Source: Acidimicrobiia bacterium (GTDB lineage: Bacteria > Actinomycetota > Acidimicrobiia > Spongiisociales > SHLN01). Taken from it: a DNA stretch of 64,000 nucleotides. The stretch is taken from positions 2,323-66,322 of the forward strand of contig JBFKDW010000005.1 in the NCBI GenBank assembly GCA_041619515.1, given 5' to 3'. How positions within the stretch are numbered: the stretch's first letter is position 1; every line of letters starts with the position of its first letter. This document shows positions 54,246-63,743 of the stretch, one piece after another. The notes beneath the pieces were generated by a model. It saw only the letters and a list, made by a program, of their open reading frames with translations. It was not told where the DNA came from and did no database searches. The translations under genes were made by a program, and so were the position numbers.

Positions 54246-55322
54246 GTGCCAACCATCGAACTGCAGGGAGCATCGAGCTCGTTCCGGGAAGGAGTAGTCG
54301 GGCTTCACCCCACCGATCTCACCATTCACCCCGGCGAGCTGCTGGCCGTGGTCGGCCCGTCGGGCTCGGGCAAGACCACGCTCATTCGGCTGATCGCCGG
54401 ACTGGACCGCCCGACGACGGGCAGTGTTCTCTTCGACGGCCGGGTGTTCGACGACGTTCGCCCCAGTGCTCGCGGCGTCGGCCTGGTGGTCACCCAGGGA
54501 GCGCTCTACCAGCACATGTCCGCCGAGGACAACCTCCGGTTCCCCCTCCAGGTCACCGGGGTGGATGAGCCCGAGCAGACCGCCCGCACCGAACGCGGGG
54601 CCGCCCGATTCGGGATACGCCGTCTGCTGGGCCGCAGTGCAAGCAGCCTGTCGGCGGGCGAGCGCCAGCTGGTCGCCACCGGCCGGGCCACCGTGCGCGA
54701 AGCTCCGGTTCTCCTCTTCGATGAGGCCCTGGCAGGCATCGATCCCCACCTGCGCCAGCAGGTGCGGACCGAGATTCGCAAGCTGCACGGCGACGGCAAC
54801 ACCATCGTCTATGCCACCAACGAGCAGGAGGAGGCGATGGCGCTCGCCGACCGCATCGTGGTGCTGCGTGACGGCGCCGTGCAGCAGGTGGGAACCCCGA
54901 TGGAGGTCTACCAGCAGCCGGCCACCGTGTTCGTTGCCGAGTTCCTCGGGTCCCCCGGAATGAACATCGTCCCGGCCGAGAGAGCCGGTGACCGGTTGCG
55001 AATCGGCACCGACGAGATTGCAGGCGCTCCCCCACCGCCGGCCGCCACCCCTTTCGTCGCCGGCATTCGGCCGGAGGACGTGCATCTCGCCCGGCCGGGC
55101 GAACCATTCGACCGCTGCCTTCACGCCCGGGTCATCGCAGTCGAAGAGCTCGGTTCCCAGCGGATCGCCCACGTGGCGTTCGGCTCACCCGATTCCGGGG
55201 CACTCGATTTCGCCGTCCGGGTAGAGGGCTCCGCGCCGCTGGCCGTCGGCGCCTCGGTGGAACTGTCGGTGGCGACCGACAAGATCGCCTACTTCGACCG
55301 CCAGAGCGGGCTGCGTCTCTGA
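54246..55322 (+). CDS. CUT1-family sugar ABC transporter ATP-binding protein (MsiK/MsmX-like)
   Basis: GPSGSGKTT, ALYQHMS, TNEQEEAMALADRI, FVAEFLGSPGMN, TOBE-like tail. Confidence 0.88.
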   Translation: MPTIELQGASSSFREGVVGLHPTDLTIHPGELLAVVGPSGSGKTTLIRLIAGLDRPTTGSVLFDGRVFDDVRPSARGVGLVVTQGALYQHMSAEDNLRFPLQVTGVDEPEQTARTERGAARFGIRRLLGRSASSLSAGERQLVATGRATVREAPVLLFDEALAGIDPHLRQQVRTEIRKLHGDGNTIVYATNEQEEAMALADRIVVLRDGAVQQVGTPMEVYQQPATVFVAEFLGSPGMNIVPAERAGDRLRIGTDEIAGAPPPPAATPFVAGIRPEDVHLARPGEPFDRCLHARVIAVEELGSQRIAHVAFGSPDSGALDFAVRVEGSAPLAVGASVELSVATDKIAYFDRQSGLRL

Positions 55323-55384
55323 CGCGAGCTGGTCGACCGGCGCCACGCCTTCAGCCGGCAGGCTCATGTGACGATGACACACGC

Positions 55385-55927
55385 ATGAACAAGCGGACGA
55401 TTCTCGCCGTCTCCGCGCTGCTGCTCGGCGCCTGTGCGCAGGTGACCGTCGAGACGACGACGCTGTCTGGCGGCAGCATGGCCGTGCCTTCCGAAGACCC
55501 GGCTGCGTCGCGAGTGCGCGAGACGGCCGGCCGAATCTGCGAGGAACACGCCTGGATCGGGATCGAGGAGCCGGCGTCCTTCGGTGAGGCCGCCGCCGAG
55601 ATCGAGGTCGAGCCTGCCGTCGTAGCCGCAGCCGTGCGCCGGGAATGTCCGGAGTCGTTCTACCAGCCGCTGAGCCGGGCCGAGGCCGACTGGTGTGGAG
55701 AAGGCATGAGCTTCGGCAGGAACTTCTTCCTCGTCGTGGCGGCCGGAGTCGAGCTCGGCATCGAGAGCTTCACGGTCGTCGAGCCGGCGCTCGTGGCCAA
55801 AGCAACCGACCGCAGCGCTGAGCTGACGGATTACGAGATCGAGCTGCTCACCGCCGAGCTGCAGACGATGTCCGAATCATCGCGATTCGATCGTGACTGG
55901 GCGCAGGCCTGCCGCTCCACGTTCTAG
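55385..55927 (+). CDS. Hypothetical lipoprotein
   Basis: Signal peptide with lipobox LGAC; four further Cys (possible disulfides). Confidence 0.7.
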   Translation: MNKRTILAVSALLLGACAQVTVETTTLSGGSMAVPSEDPAASRVRETAGRICEEHAWIGIEEPASFGEAAAEIEVEPAVVAAAVRRECPESFYQPLSRAEADWCGEGMSFGRNFFLVVAAGVELGIESFTVVEPALVAKATDRSAELTDYEIELLTAELQTMSESSRFDRDWAQACRSTF

Positions 55928-55983
55928 CGGGCCATGTGCACCCCATCTCGCAGCACTCGTGATGTGCGGGAGCACGCCATCGG

Positions 55984-56562
55984 TTGGCAGGGCACGGCAC
56001 CGGCGGCCATGACATGATCCACTCCGTATGGACGGCGCGACGATCGGAGGCAGGTGTGGGGACTGAGGCAGAGGCAGAGGCGCCGGTTCGCCTGCTCGGG
56101 CCGGAGGACGGCGAGCTCCTCGGACCGCCCGACGGCGTGATGGATCGATACATGATCAGCGCCGCAGATACCGACGGCCGCTTTTCGCTCGTCGAGCACA
56201 GGCTGGCACCCCATGCGCTGGCTGCGCCGCTGCATCTCCACACCAGAGAGGACGAATACAGCTTCGTGCTGCAGGGCGAGGTTGGAGCACTCCTCGGTAA
56301 GCAGGAGGTGGTTGCGACGGCGGGCGACCTGTTGTTTAAGCCGCGCGGGCAGTGGCACACGTTCTGGAACGCCGGGGCGGCTCCGGCCCGCATCCTGGAG
56401 ATGATCAGCCCTGCCGGCCTCGAGTTGCTCTTTCGCATGATCGATACCGATCCGCAGCTGCTTGACCCCGACAGGCTGGCCGAGGTGGGAGAGACCTTTG
56501 GCTGCAAGGTCGACTTCGAGGGAACGGTTCCGGTCGTCGAGCGCCACGGCCTCGTGTTCTAG
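55984..56562 (+). CDS. Cupin domain protein
   Basis: PLHLHTREDEYSFVLQG, PRGQWHTFWN, ISPAGLE; start uncertain. Confidence 0.85.
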   Translation: MAGHGTGGHDMIHSVWTARRSEAGVGTEAEAEAPVRLLGPEDGELLGPPDGVMDRYMISAADTDGRFSLVEHRLAPHALAAPLHLHTREDEYSFVLQGEVGALLGKQEVVATAGDLLFKPRGQWHTFWNAGAAPARILEMISPAGLELLFRMIDTDPQLLDPDRLAEVGETFGCKVDFEGTVPVVERHGLVF

Positions 56563-56593
56563 GGCGCTGGGAAGCGCCCCACCCACGCCGGTG

Positions 56594-57742
56594 CTAGGCC
56601 GCCCCCCACGGCTCTTCGAGGGTGTGGCGAAGATGGGGAGCGAACAGGGACGGCTCCAGGAGGAAGGAGTCGTGGCCCTTCTCGGAATGGACCGTGATGC
56701 GGCGGGATGGAACCCCGGCCGACTTGAGCGCCTGCATCATCCGCTCCTGTTCTTCCGGGTAGAAGCAGACGTCGGAATCGACGGAGAAGACCATGAAGAA
56801 CTGGTCCTTGCACACCCGCAGCGCCTCCTCGAACGTGGCCGCCCCGACCGATTCGAGGAGGTCAAAGCCCTGCCATGCTTCCATGAATCGCAGGTAGCTG
56901 TTCGCATCGAAGCGTGAGACGAACTTCTGACCCTGGTGCCACATGTAGGACTCGATCGGATGGCCGATCTGGATGTACTCAGATGCCTCGTGGGGATCCA
57001 CGATCTCGGACCGGGCCCGGTCCTTCATGGCGGCCAGGGATACGAACGTCTTGTGGCCGATCATGCGTGCCAGCGCCAGGCCCCGGTTCGGAGGCTCTCC
57101 GTCGTAGTAGTCACCACCGTTGAAGTTGGGGTCGTTGACGATGGCGTTGACCTGCTCGAAGTTGTGGATGTACTGGAGGGCCGTCACTTCCAGCCCGCCT
57201 GCGATCGGAATCACCACCTCCACCCGCTCTGGGAAGCGGGTGGCGACACTCAGGCACATGAGTGCACCCATTGAGGCTCCGGTGACGGCGTGCAACTTGC
57301 CGATCCCGAGGTGATCGAGCAGCAGCATCTGGGAGTTCACGATGTCGTCGACCGACACCGACGGAAAAGCCCCGCCGAAGGGCCGCCCATTGGCAGGGTT
57401 CACCGACGACGGGCCCGTCGACCCGTAGCATCCGCCCAGGTAATTCACACACAGGACCGCAAACCGATCCGTATCGAGCGCCCTGCCCGGCCCAATGAAC
57501 TGATCCCACCATCCCACCTGGCATTCGGCCGTCCATCGCCCGCCCACGCCCGGGACGGTCTCGGTGAATCCGGCAGCATGCTGGCTGCCGGTGAGAGCGT
57601 GGAATACGAGGATGACATTGTCTTCCTCGGCACTCATGGTGCCGTACAGCTCGTAGGCGAGGGTCACCTCAGGCAGCGTGGACCCGTCTTCGAGCGGAAA
57701 CGGATCGGGGCTCGTGTAGAACTTGGTTTCGGTGCTGACCAC
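56594..57742 (-). CDS. metX: Homoserine O-acyltransferase (MetX family)
   Basis: HALTG, WWDQFIGPG, NYLGGCYGSTGP, GASMG, RFDANSY, GHDSFLLE. Confidence 0.93.
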   Translation of the reverse strand: MVSTETKFYTSPDPFPLEDGSTLPEVTLAYELYGTMSAEEDNVILVFHALTGSQHAAGFTETVPGVGGRWTAECQVGWWDQFIGPGRALDTDRFAVLCVNYLGGCYGSTGPSSVNPANGRPFGGAFPSVSVDDIVNSQMLLLDHLGIGKLHAVTGASMGALMCLSVATRFPERVEVVIPIAGGLEVTALQYIHNFEQVNAIVNDPNFNGGDYYDGEPPNRGLALARMIGHKTFVSLAAMKDRARSEIVDPHEASEYIQIGHPIESYMWHQGQKFVSRFDANSYLRFMEAWQGFDLLESVGAATFEEALRVCKDQFFMVFSVDSDVCFYPEEQERMMQALKSAGVPSRRITVHSEKGHDSFLLEPSLFAPHLRHTLEEPWGAA

Positions 57743-57824
57743 TGCGGTTCCTCAACTGGGTCCGAGAGACGATAGACGGTCCGGGGATTTCTCCAACCAT
57801 GCTTGTGATCGGCTCTCAAGTTAA

Positions 57825-60800
57825 ATGGCGTTTCGGCCGAGAGGTCCGCGAGGAGTGAGACAGGTTGTGAGGCGAGGATTGGCATTCGGTTGGCTGGTGG
57901 GAATCCTGCTGGCCGCGGCTCCGGCCGGAGCGTCGACCGCCGGTCCCGAGCTTGCTCACTTCGATCCCGACACCGGCCGGTGGCACATGCGCGACACGGT
58001 CGGCGCCACCCACACCTTCTACTTCGGCGTGCCGGGCGATGTTCCGCTCCTGGGTGATTGGGACTGCGATGGCGACGACACCGTTGGCATGTACCGCCCG
58101 GCCAACGGCTTCGTGTACCTGCGCAACACCAACGACCAGGGAATCGCCGACGTCGACTTCTTCTACGGTGTGGCGGGGGATGTGCCGCTGGCCGGTGACT
58201 GGGACGGCGACGGCTGCGACACCCTCGCCATTTACCGGGACGGCCGCGTGTTCGTCCGCAACAGCCTGGGCACCGGCGTCGCCGACTACGACTTCTACTT
58301 TGGAGTCCCCGGTGATCGCCCATTCGCCGGTGACTTCGACGGGGATGGGATCACAACGGTGGGCCTCTATCGCCAGTCCAGCGGATACGCCTATCTCCGC
58401 CATGCCAACAGCACCGGAATCGCCGACCTCGAGTTCTTCTACGGGGTCCCCTCCGACCGGATCGTGGTGGGCGACTGGGACCACGACGGTGACGAGACGG
58501 TCGGGATATTCCGCCCATCCGAATCCCGTTTCTATCTATCGAACACCAACGCCACGGGGATGGCCGACCGTGGAGTGTGGTTCGGAGAGAGCCATTTCCT
58601 GCCCGTCGCCGGGGCCGTCGGGTTGGGTGACCCGGCGCCGCCCACCTATTCCTGGGCGGCGCGCTGGTCGGATCCGGCCACCTGGGGCGGCCGGGTACCG
58701 GTGGCCGGAGAGGTGGTTACCGTCCCGGCGGGAACATCGATCATGCTCGACGTCTCTCCCCCGCCCCTCGGCGGCCTGCGGGTGAACGGGGCACTCGTCT
58801 TCGACCGGCGCGATATCGATCTGACGACCGACTGGCTGATCGTCGCCGGACAGCTCCAGATCGGCACCGCCGGCGAGCCTTTCGAGCAGAAGGCCACCAT
58901 CACCCTGACGGGAGACCCGGGAAGCAACGTGATGGGGATGGGCTCCAGGGTGTTCGGGGTCATGGGTGGAACGGTCGACCTGCATGGTCGAGCCGACGTG
59001 AGCTGGACCTCGCTGGCGGCGAGCGCACCGGCCGGGGCCACTTCGGTGACGCTGCAACAGCCGGTCGCCTGGCGCCCCGGCGAACGGATCGTCATTGCCT
59101 CGACCGACTTCGACCACGAGCAGGCGGAGGAGCGAACCATCACCTCGGTGAGCGGCACGACCGTGCGGTTCGCGGAACCACTCGAGCACCCCCACTGGGG
59201 TCAAATGCTGTGGCCGGGCGGGCACCCGGTCGACGAACGGGCCGAGGTCGGCCACCTCACGCGCACGATCGTCATTCGGGGCGCCGACGACGGTGTTGCC
59301 GCCATGTTCGGCGGGCACATGATGGCGATGCCGGGAAGCATCACCCGTATGGAACACGTCGAGTTCGCCCACATGGGCCAGGCCGGCGAGCTGGCCCGCT
59401 ACCCGGTTCACTGGCACCAGGCGGGCGACGCGCCCGGCAGCTACGTGCGCGGCGCCGCAATCCACCACAGCTTCAGCCGGTGTGTGACCGTCCACGGCAC
59501 CAACCACCTGCGCGTGGAAGACAACGTCGCCTACGACACATTCGGTCATTGCTACTTCCTCGAGGACGGAGCCGAACACGGCAACGTCTTCGAACACAAT
59601 CTGGGCTTGGTGACCCGCAGGCCAGACGATGCCAACGCCTTGCTCCCGTCAGACAACAGTTACCCCGGACCCGGGACCTTCTGGATCACCAACCCCGACA
59701 ACACGTTTGTGAACAACGTAGCCGCCGGGTCGGAAGGAATCGGATTCTGGTTCGCCCTCCCCGAGCATCCCACCGGGCCTTCTGCCACCACCACCATCTG
59801 GCCGCGTCGCACCCCGCTGCGACGATTCGACCAGAACACCGCCCACTCGAACGCTCGTGATGGCCTGCACGTTGATCGTGGCCCCGACCCGTCCGGTTTC
59901 ACCGACACCACCTACTACGACCCGCGCTCGGCGCCGGGCGATCCCGACTCAGCACCGGTCATCGCCCACTTCACCAACTTCACCGCCTACAAGAACCGCA
60001 ACAACGGAGCCTGGCTGCGGGGAGAGAACCACGTTGTGAGCGGGGCAGTGCTGGCGGACAACGCGGTAGGGCTCACCTTCGCGTCCGACGACAGCGAGCT
60101 GTTCGCCTCGCTGCTGGTGGGAGAGACGGCCAATGTCGGCGATCCTCGCCCGTGGGAGTCGACCGGGCCCGGGGGGCGCAGCCTGCCTCAGCCGTGGGAT
60201 GCTCACACCACCATCAGCGGCTTCGACTTCTACGACGGAACGGTGGGGGTGCGCGATTCCCATTTTGTCGCCTTTGCGAACCGTCCCCAGCGCGGGGCCG
60301 GAGCACTCGGCGTGCTCAACTTCACCGATTTCAGCCTCGACACCGACAACTACGCCTCCGGGCTGACCTTCCACCCTGCCACCAAGCGCGTGTACCTCGA
60401 AACCCGGTCGGTGCCGCTCGATCCAGACTCCGGTGAGGACGGCTACCGGAGCGCGGTCTTCCGGGATCTCGACGGGTCGGTGACCGGCTCCCCAGACATG
60501 GCCGTGACCGTGAACAATCCGATCCTGTACGACGGATCATGCAGCTATCGGGCAGACTGGAACGCCCGCCTGTGCCCGCACGGGTATACGGCGCTTCTCA
60601 TCGACGATCGGAGCGGCTCCAGCACGGCCGTCGGACCGATTGTGGTGCGGCGCGACGACGGGGCCTCGCACACGATCATCGGGCGGCCGGATGACGGCCC
60701 GAACGACCATTTCCGCACCAGCGTCCTCAACGGCCGGAGTTACACGATCGACGCTACCGGAGCCTGGACGTCCCACTACCAGGTTCGGACCTACGAGATG

Positions 60801-61037
60801 GCGGCCGGCGAGTGGCTGCACGTGACCGTGAAGGGGGTCAGCGGCACCCCGCACATCTATCGGGACTGGTGGATCGACGAACGCAACCGCCTCGAGCCGG
60901 TGGGAAGCCTGGCAGCGCTGCTCGACTCGGACGGCGGGGCGTACTTCCGGAGCGGCTCGGATCTGCATCTCAAGCTGGTTCCCCGGGAGGATCGCGAGTG
61001 GGCGGCGCTCGACATCTGCTCGACCGCCGGGTGCTGA
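57825..61037 (+). CDS. Large secreted protein: FG-GAP-like repeats + G8 domain + CEMIP/TMEM2-like parallel beta-helix
   Basis: Signal peptide; about 5 repeats of GD-[WF]-D-x-DG; G8 (WSDPATWGGRVP...LQIGTAGEPF); RYPVHWH, HHSFSRCVTVHGTN, GHCYFLEDG, FWITNPDN, GAWLRG, VFRDLDGSVTG. Start probably GTG 57855 or 57867. Confidence 0.85.
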   Translation: MAFRPRGPRGVRQVVRRGLAFGWLVGILLAAAPAGASTAGPELAHFDPDTGRWHMRDTVGATHTFYFGVPGDVPLLGDWDCDGDDTVGMYRPANGFVYLRNTNDQGIADVDFFYGVAGDVPLAGDWDGDGCDTLAIYRDGRVFVRNSLGTGVADYDFYFGVPGDRPFAGDFDGDGITTVGLYRQSSGYAYLRHANSTGIADLEFFYGVPSDRIVVGDWDHDGDETVGIFRPSESRFYLSNTNATGMADRGVWFGESHFLPVAGAVGLGDPAPPTYSWAARWSDPATWGGRVPVAGEVVTVPAGTSIMLDVSPPPLGGLRVNGALVFDRRDIDLTTDWLIVAGQLQIGTAGEPFEQKATITLTGDPGSNVMGMGSRVFGVMGGTVDLHGRADVSWTSLAASAPAGATSVTLQQPVAWRPGERIVIASTDFDHEQAEERTITSVSGTTVRFAEPLEHPHWGQMLWPGGHPVDERAEVGHLTRTIVIRGADDGVAAMFGGHMMAMPGSITRMEHVEFAHMGQAGELARYPVHWHQAGDAPGSYVRGAAIHHSFSRCVTVHGTNHLRVEDNVAYDTFGHCYFLEDGAEHGNVFEHNLGLVTRRPDDANALLPSDNSYPGPGTFWITNPDNTFVNNVAAGSEGIGFWFALPEHPTGPSATTTIWPRRTPLRRFDQNTAHSNARDGLHVDRGPDPSGFTDTTYYDPRSAPGDPDSAPVIAHFTNFTAYKNRNNGAWLRGENHVVSGAVLADNAVGLTFASDDSELFASLLVGETANVGDPRPWESTGPGGRSLPQPWDAHTTISGFDFYDGTVGVRDSHFVAFANRPQRGAGALGVLNFTDFSLDTDNYASGLTFHPATKRVYLETRSVPLDPDSGEDGYRSAVFRDLDGSVTGSPDMAVTVNNPILYDGSCSYRADWNARLCPHGYTALLIDDRSGSSTAVGPIVVRRDDGASHTIIGRPDDGPNDHFRTSVLNGRSYTIDATGAWTSHYQVRTYEMAAGEWLHVTVKGVSGTPHIYRDWWIDERNRLEPVGSLAALLDSDGGAYFRSGSDLHLKLVPREDREWAALDICSTAGC

Positions 61038-61096
61038 GCCCGCCTGAGAGCCCAGCACGTGCAGGACCGGCTGACCGGACGCAGTAGGTTGGCGGG

Positions 61097-61987
61097 GTGC
61101 TCCAACTGGAGAATCTTCACAAGCGATACGGCCCGGTCGTTGCGCTCGACGGATGCAGCTTCGATCTCGAGCGCGGCCGACTGCTCGGATTCCTCGGCCC
61201 CAACGGGGCGGGCAAGACCACCGCGATGCGGTCGGTATTCGGCCTCGTCAATCCCGACGTGGGCACGATCACCTGGGACGGTTCCCCCATCGGGCCGGCC
61301 GAGCGGCTCCGCTTCGGGTACATGCCCGAGCAGCGGGGCCTGTATCCGCGCATGCGCGTGCACGACCAGCTCGTCTATTTCGGACGGCTGCATGGGATGA
61401 CCCGGGCCGCCGCCCACGAAGCTGCCGACTTCTGGTTGGGCAAGCTCGGGCTCACCGAACGGTCCGACGCGAGGTTGGAAGAGCTTTCGCACGGCAACCA
61501 GCAGCGCATCCAGCTGGCCGCAGCCCTCGTCCACGATCCGGAGTTGCTGGTGCTGGACGAGCCGTTCTCCGGGCTCGACCCAATCGGTGTCGAGACCATG
61601 GCCGGCCTGCTCCGATCGTTGGCCGGCAACGGGGTGGCGGTGATGTTCTCGAGCCATCAGCTCGATCTCGTCGAAGATCTTTGCGAGGAGGTGGTGGTCA
61701 TCAACCGGGGAGACATCGTCCTCGAGGGTGAGGTGTGGACACTGCGGACCGCCTCGCCCCGGCGCTATCTGGAGGTGGAGGTCAGGGAAGTGAGCTCGAG
61801 CTGGGTCGACGAGCTGGAGGGCACCGAGATCGTGGAGCGCACCGGGTCCCGGATCCGCCTCGCCACCTCGGCAGACGCACACCTCGAGGAGATGGTGGCC
61901 AGGGCGGCTGCCGCCGGCGAGATCACGCTCTTCGCCTTCGAGCCTCCCAGCCTGTCCGAGGTCTTCCGGGAGGCGGTTGCGCAATGA
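61097..61987 (+). CDS. ABC transporter ATP-binding protein (NatA/YhaQ-like)
   Basis: GPNGAGKTT, GYMPEQRGLYP, LSHGNQQRIQL, LDEPFSGLDP, FSSHQL, PSLSEVF. Confidence 0.92.
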   Translation: MLQLENLHKRYGPVVALDGCSFDLERGRLLGFLGPNGAGKTTAMRSVFGLVNPDVGTITWDGSPIGPAERLRFGYMPEQRGLYPRMRVHDQLVYFGRLHGMTRAAAHEAADFWLGKLGLTERSDARLEELSHGNQQRIQLAAALVHDPELLVLDEPFSGLDPIGVETMAGLLRSLAGNGVAVMFSSHQLDLVEDLCEEVVVINRGDIVLEGEVWTLRTASPRRYLEVEVREVSSSWVDELEGTEIVERTGSRIRLATSADAHLEEMVARAAAAGEITLFAFEPPSLSEVFREAVAQ

Positions 61988-63156
61988 AGGGTTGGACCGC
62001 CATCTACCTGGTCGCCCGGCGCGAGCTGACGGAGCGGATCAAATCGAAGGCTTTCATCATTTCGACCGGGTTCATCGTGCTGCTGGTGGTGGCGGCCATC
62101 GTCATACCGGCAGTGTTTGACGACGACGGGCCGGGCACACTCGCACTTGCCACCGCCACTCCCCTCTCTGAGGCGGCCATCGCCCAGTTCGAATCGGCGA
62201 GTGGCGGCGACCCGGTGCTCGCGGTCGAGATGGTTGCAGACGATGCAGCCGTACGGGAGGCAGTCCAGACAGGGTCGGCCGATGCCGGCATCGTCGCCGG
62301 GCCCGAGCTCATCATCTCCTCGGGGGAGCCCGGCGCCACCACCAGCCTGCTGGCGAGCGTCCTCGGCTTCGATCTCGCGATCACCGAGCTCGGCGCTCGC
62401 GGCATCTCGCTGGAGGACATCGCCCCCCTGCTGGAGGCCGACATCCCCATCACCGCACTCGAGGATGCCACCGACCCTGAGGACGCCGCCCTCGCCTTCT
62501 TCGGCGTCATCCTGCTGTACATCACAATCCTCACCTACGGCCAGTGGGTGGTGCTGGGCGTCATCGAGGAGAAGTCCAGCCGGGTCGTCGAGGTCGTGCT
62601 GGGTGCCGTTCAGCCGCGGCACTTGCTGGCCGGCAAGGTCATCGGCATCGGATTGCTCGGCGTCGGCCAGGTCGTCGTGATCGGACTCGTCGCACTGGCG
62701 GCCTCAGCCGTCGGCGGTGACGCGGTATCGATCCCCGATGCCGCCCCCACCGCCTTCTTTTCGATCCTGCTGTGGTTTGTGGTCGGGTACGGCATCTACG
62801 GCGTCTTGTTCGCCGCAGCCGGGTCGCTCGCCTCGCGCCAGGAAGAAGCCGGCAACGCCACCCTCCCGTTCACGGCTCTGCTGACGATCGCGTACTTCGT
62901 GAGCTTCAGTGCGGTCGAGGAGACCAACCTGGTCGCACGCATCCTGTCGTTTCTCCCGCCCTTCGCCCCCATCAGCATGCAGGTGCGCATGGTGAGGGGG
63001 GACGCTGCCGCCTGGGAGGTCCTGCTGTCACTGGCGCTCGCCGCCGTGATGATCTACGGCGTCATCCGGGTGGGAGAGCGCTTCTATCGGGGAGCGGTCC
63101 TCGGCCAGGGCCGCAAGCTGAAGTGGCGAGAGGCCTGGCGATCGGCTGACGCCTGA
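61984..63156 (+). CDS. ABC-2 permease (NatB/YhaP-like)
   Basis: ATGA overlap; VARREL, GVIEEKSSRVVEVVL, LAGKVIG, AAAGSL, FLPPFAP. Confidence 0.9.
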   Translation: MKGWTAIYLVARRELTERIKSKAFIISTGFIVLLVVAAIVIPAVFDDDGPGTLALATATPLSEAAIAQFESASGGDPVLAVEMVADDAAVREAVQTGSADAGIVAGPELIISSGEPGATTSLLASVLGFDLAITELGARGISLEDIAPLLEADIPITALEDATDPEDAALAFFGVILLYITILTYGQWVVLGVIEEKSSRVVEVVLGAVQPRHLLAGKVIGIGLLGVGQVVVIGLVALAASAVGGDAVSIPDAAPTAFFSILLWFVVGYGIYGVLFAAAGSLASRQEEAGNATLPFTALLTIAYFVSFSAVEETNLVARILSFLPPFAPISMQVRMVRGDAAAWEVLLSLALAAVMIYGVIRVGERFYRGAVLGQGRKLKWREAWRSADA

Positions 63157-63203
63157 TCGCGTCAATCCTGCCGACCGCGACGGCCGGGCGTAGGCTTGGC
63201 GGC

Positions 63204-63731
63204 ATGGAGACCGTGCCGGCATCGAGCCGCACGTTGCAGGGGCGCTGTCGGCTACTGCGAATCGGGCGCTTCGGGTTCCCGGTTGAGAAGCTCGCCGGTG
63301 ACGAGGAAACCATCGCCCTCCTGGGACGTGACGGGTCGATGCGCATCTTCTTCGGGCCCGGTCGGCGGGTCGTGCCGGCCGGGGGGCCCGAATGGCGGAT
63401 CAAGGCCGCCACGTCGGGCCGTCATATCGTCCCCATCATCAGGTCCGGCTCGCGCATCATCGCCACGTCGGGGCCTCTGCATGCCAGGCGCAGCTACGGG
63501 ATCAACGGCGATGGCTACGCCCTGACCGTCATCCCGGTCGGCAAGACGGGCTTTCGCTCTCCCGGGCGCTGGGTACTGCGCCGGCACGAAGACCAGATAG
63601 CCACGATCGATGAGCACCGGCGCGTCATCATCGCCGATGAGCCGGTTCCGGTCGCGGCCACTGTGTTGGCGTTTACGCTCATCACCCACGGGATACCGGG
63701 TGAGGGCGACCTCATGCCCGGCCGCGACTAA
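63204..63731 (+). CDS. Hypothetical protein
   Basis: 175-aa beta-rich ORF filling the gap, ending in an amphipathic helix; no family recognised. Confidence 0.55.
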   Translation: METVPASSRTLQGRCRLLRIGRFGFPVEKLAGDEETIALLGRDGSMRIFFGPGRRVVPAGGPEWRIKAATSGRHIVPIIRSGSRIIATSGPLHARRSYGINGDGYALTVIPVGKTGFRSPGRWVLRRHEDQIATIDEHRRVIIADEPVPVAATVLAFTLITHGIPGEGDLMPGRD

Positions 63732-63743
63732 CCGGCCGACTCG

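Noticed and set aside
58020-58620. DNA repeats or mobile element inside the large secreted protein gene
   Set aside because: Similarity is at protein level (GDWDGDG blades) with diverged codons; no terminal repeats or transposase.
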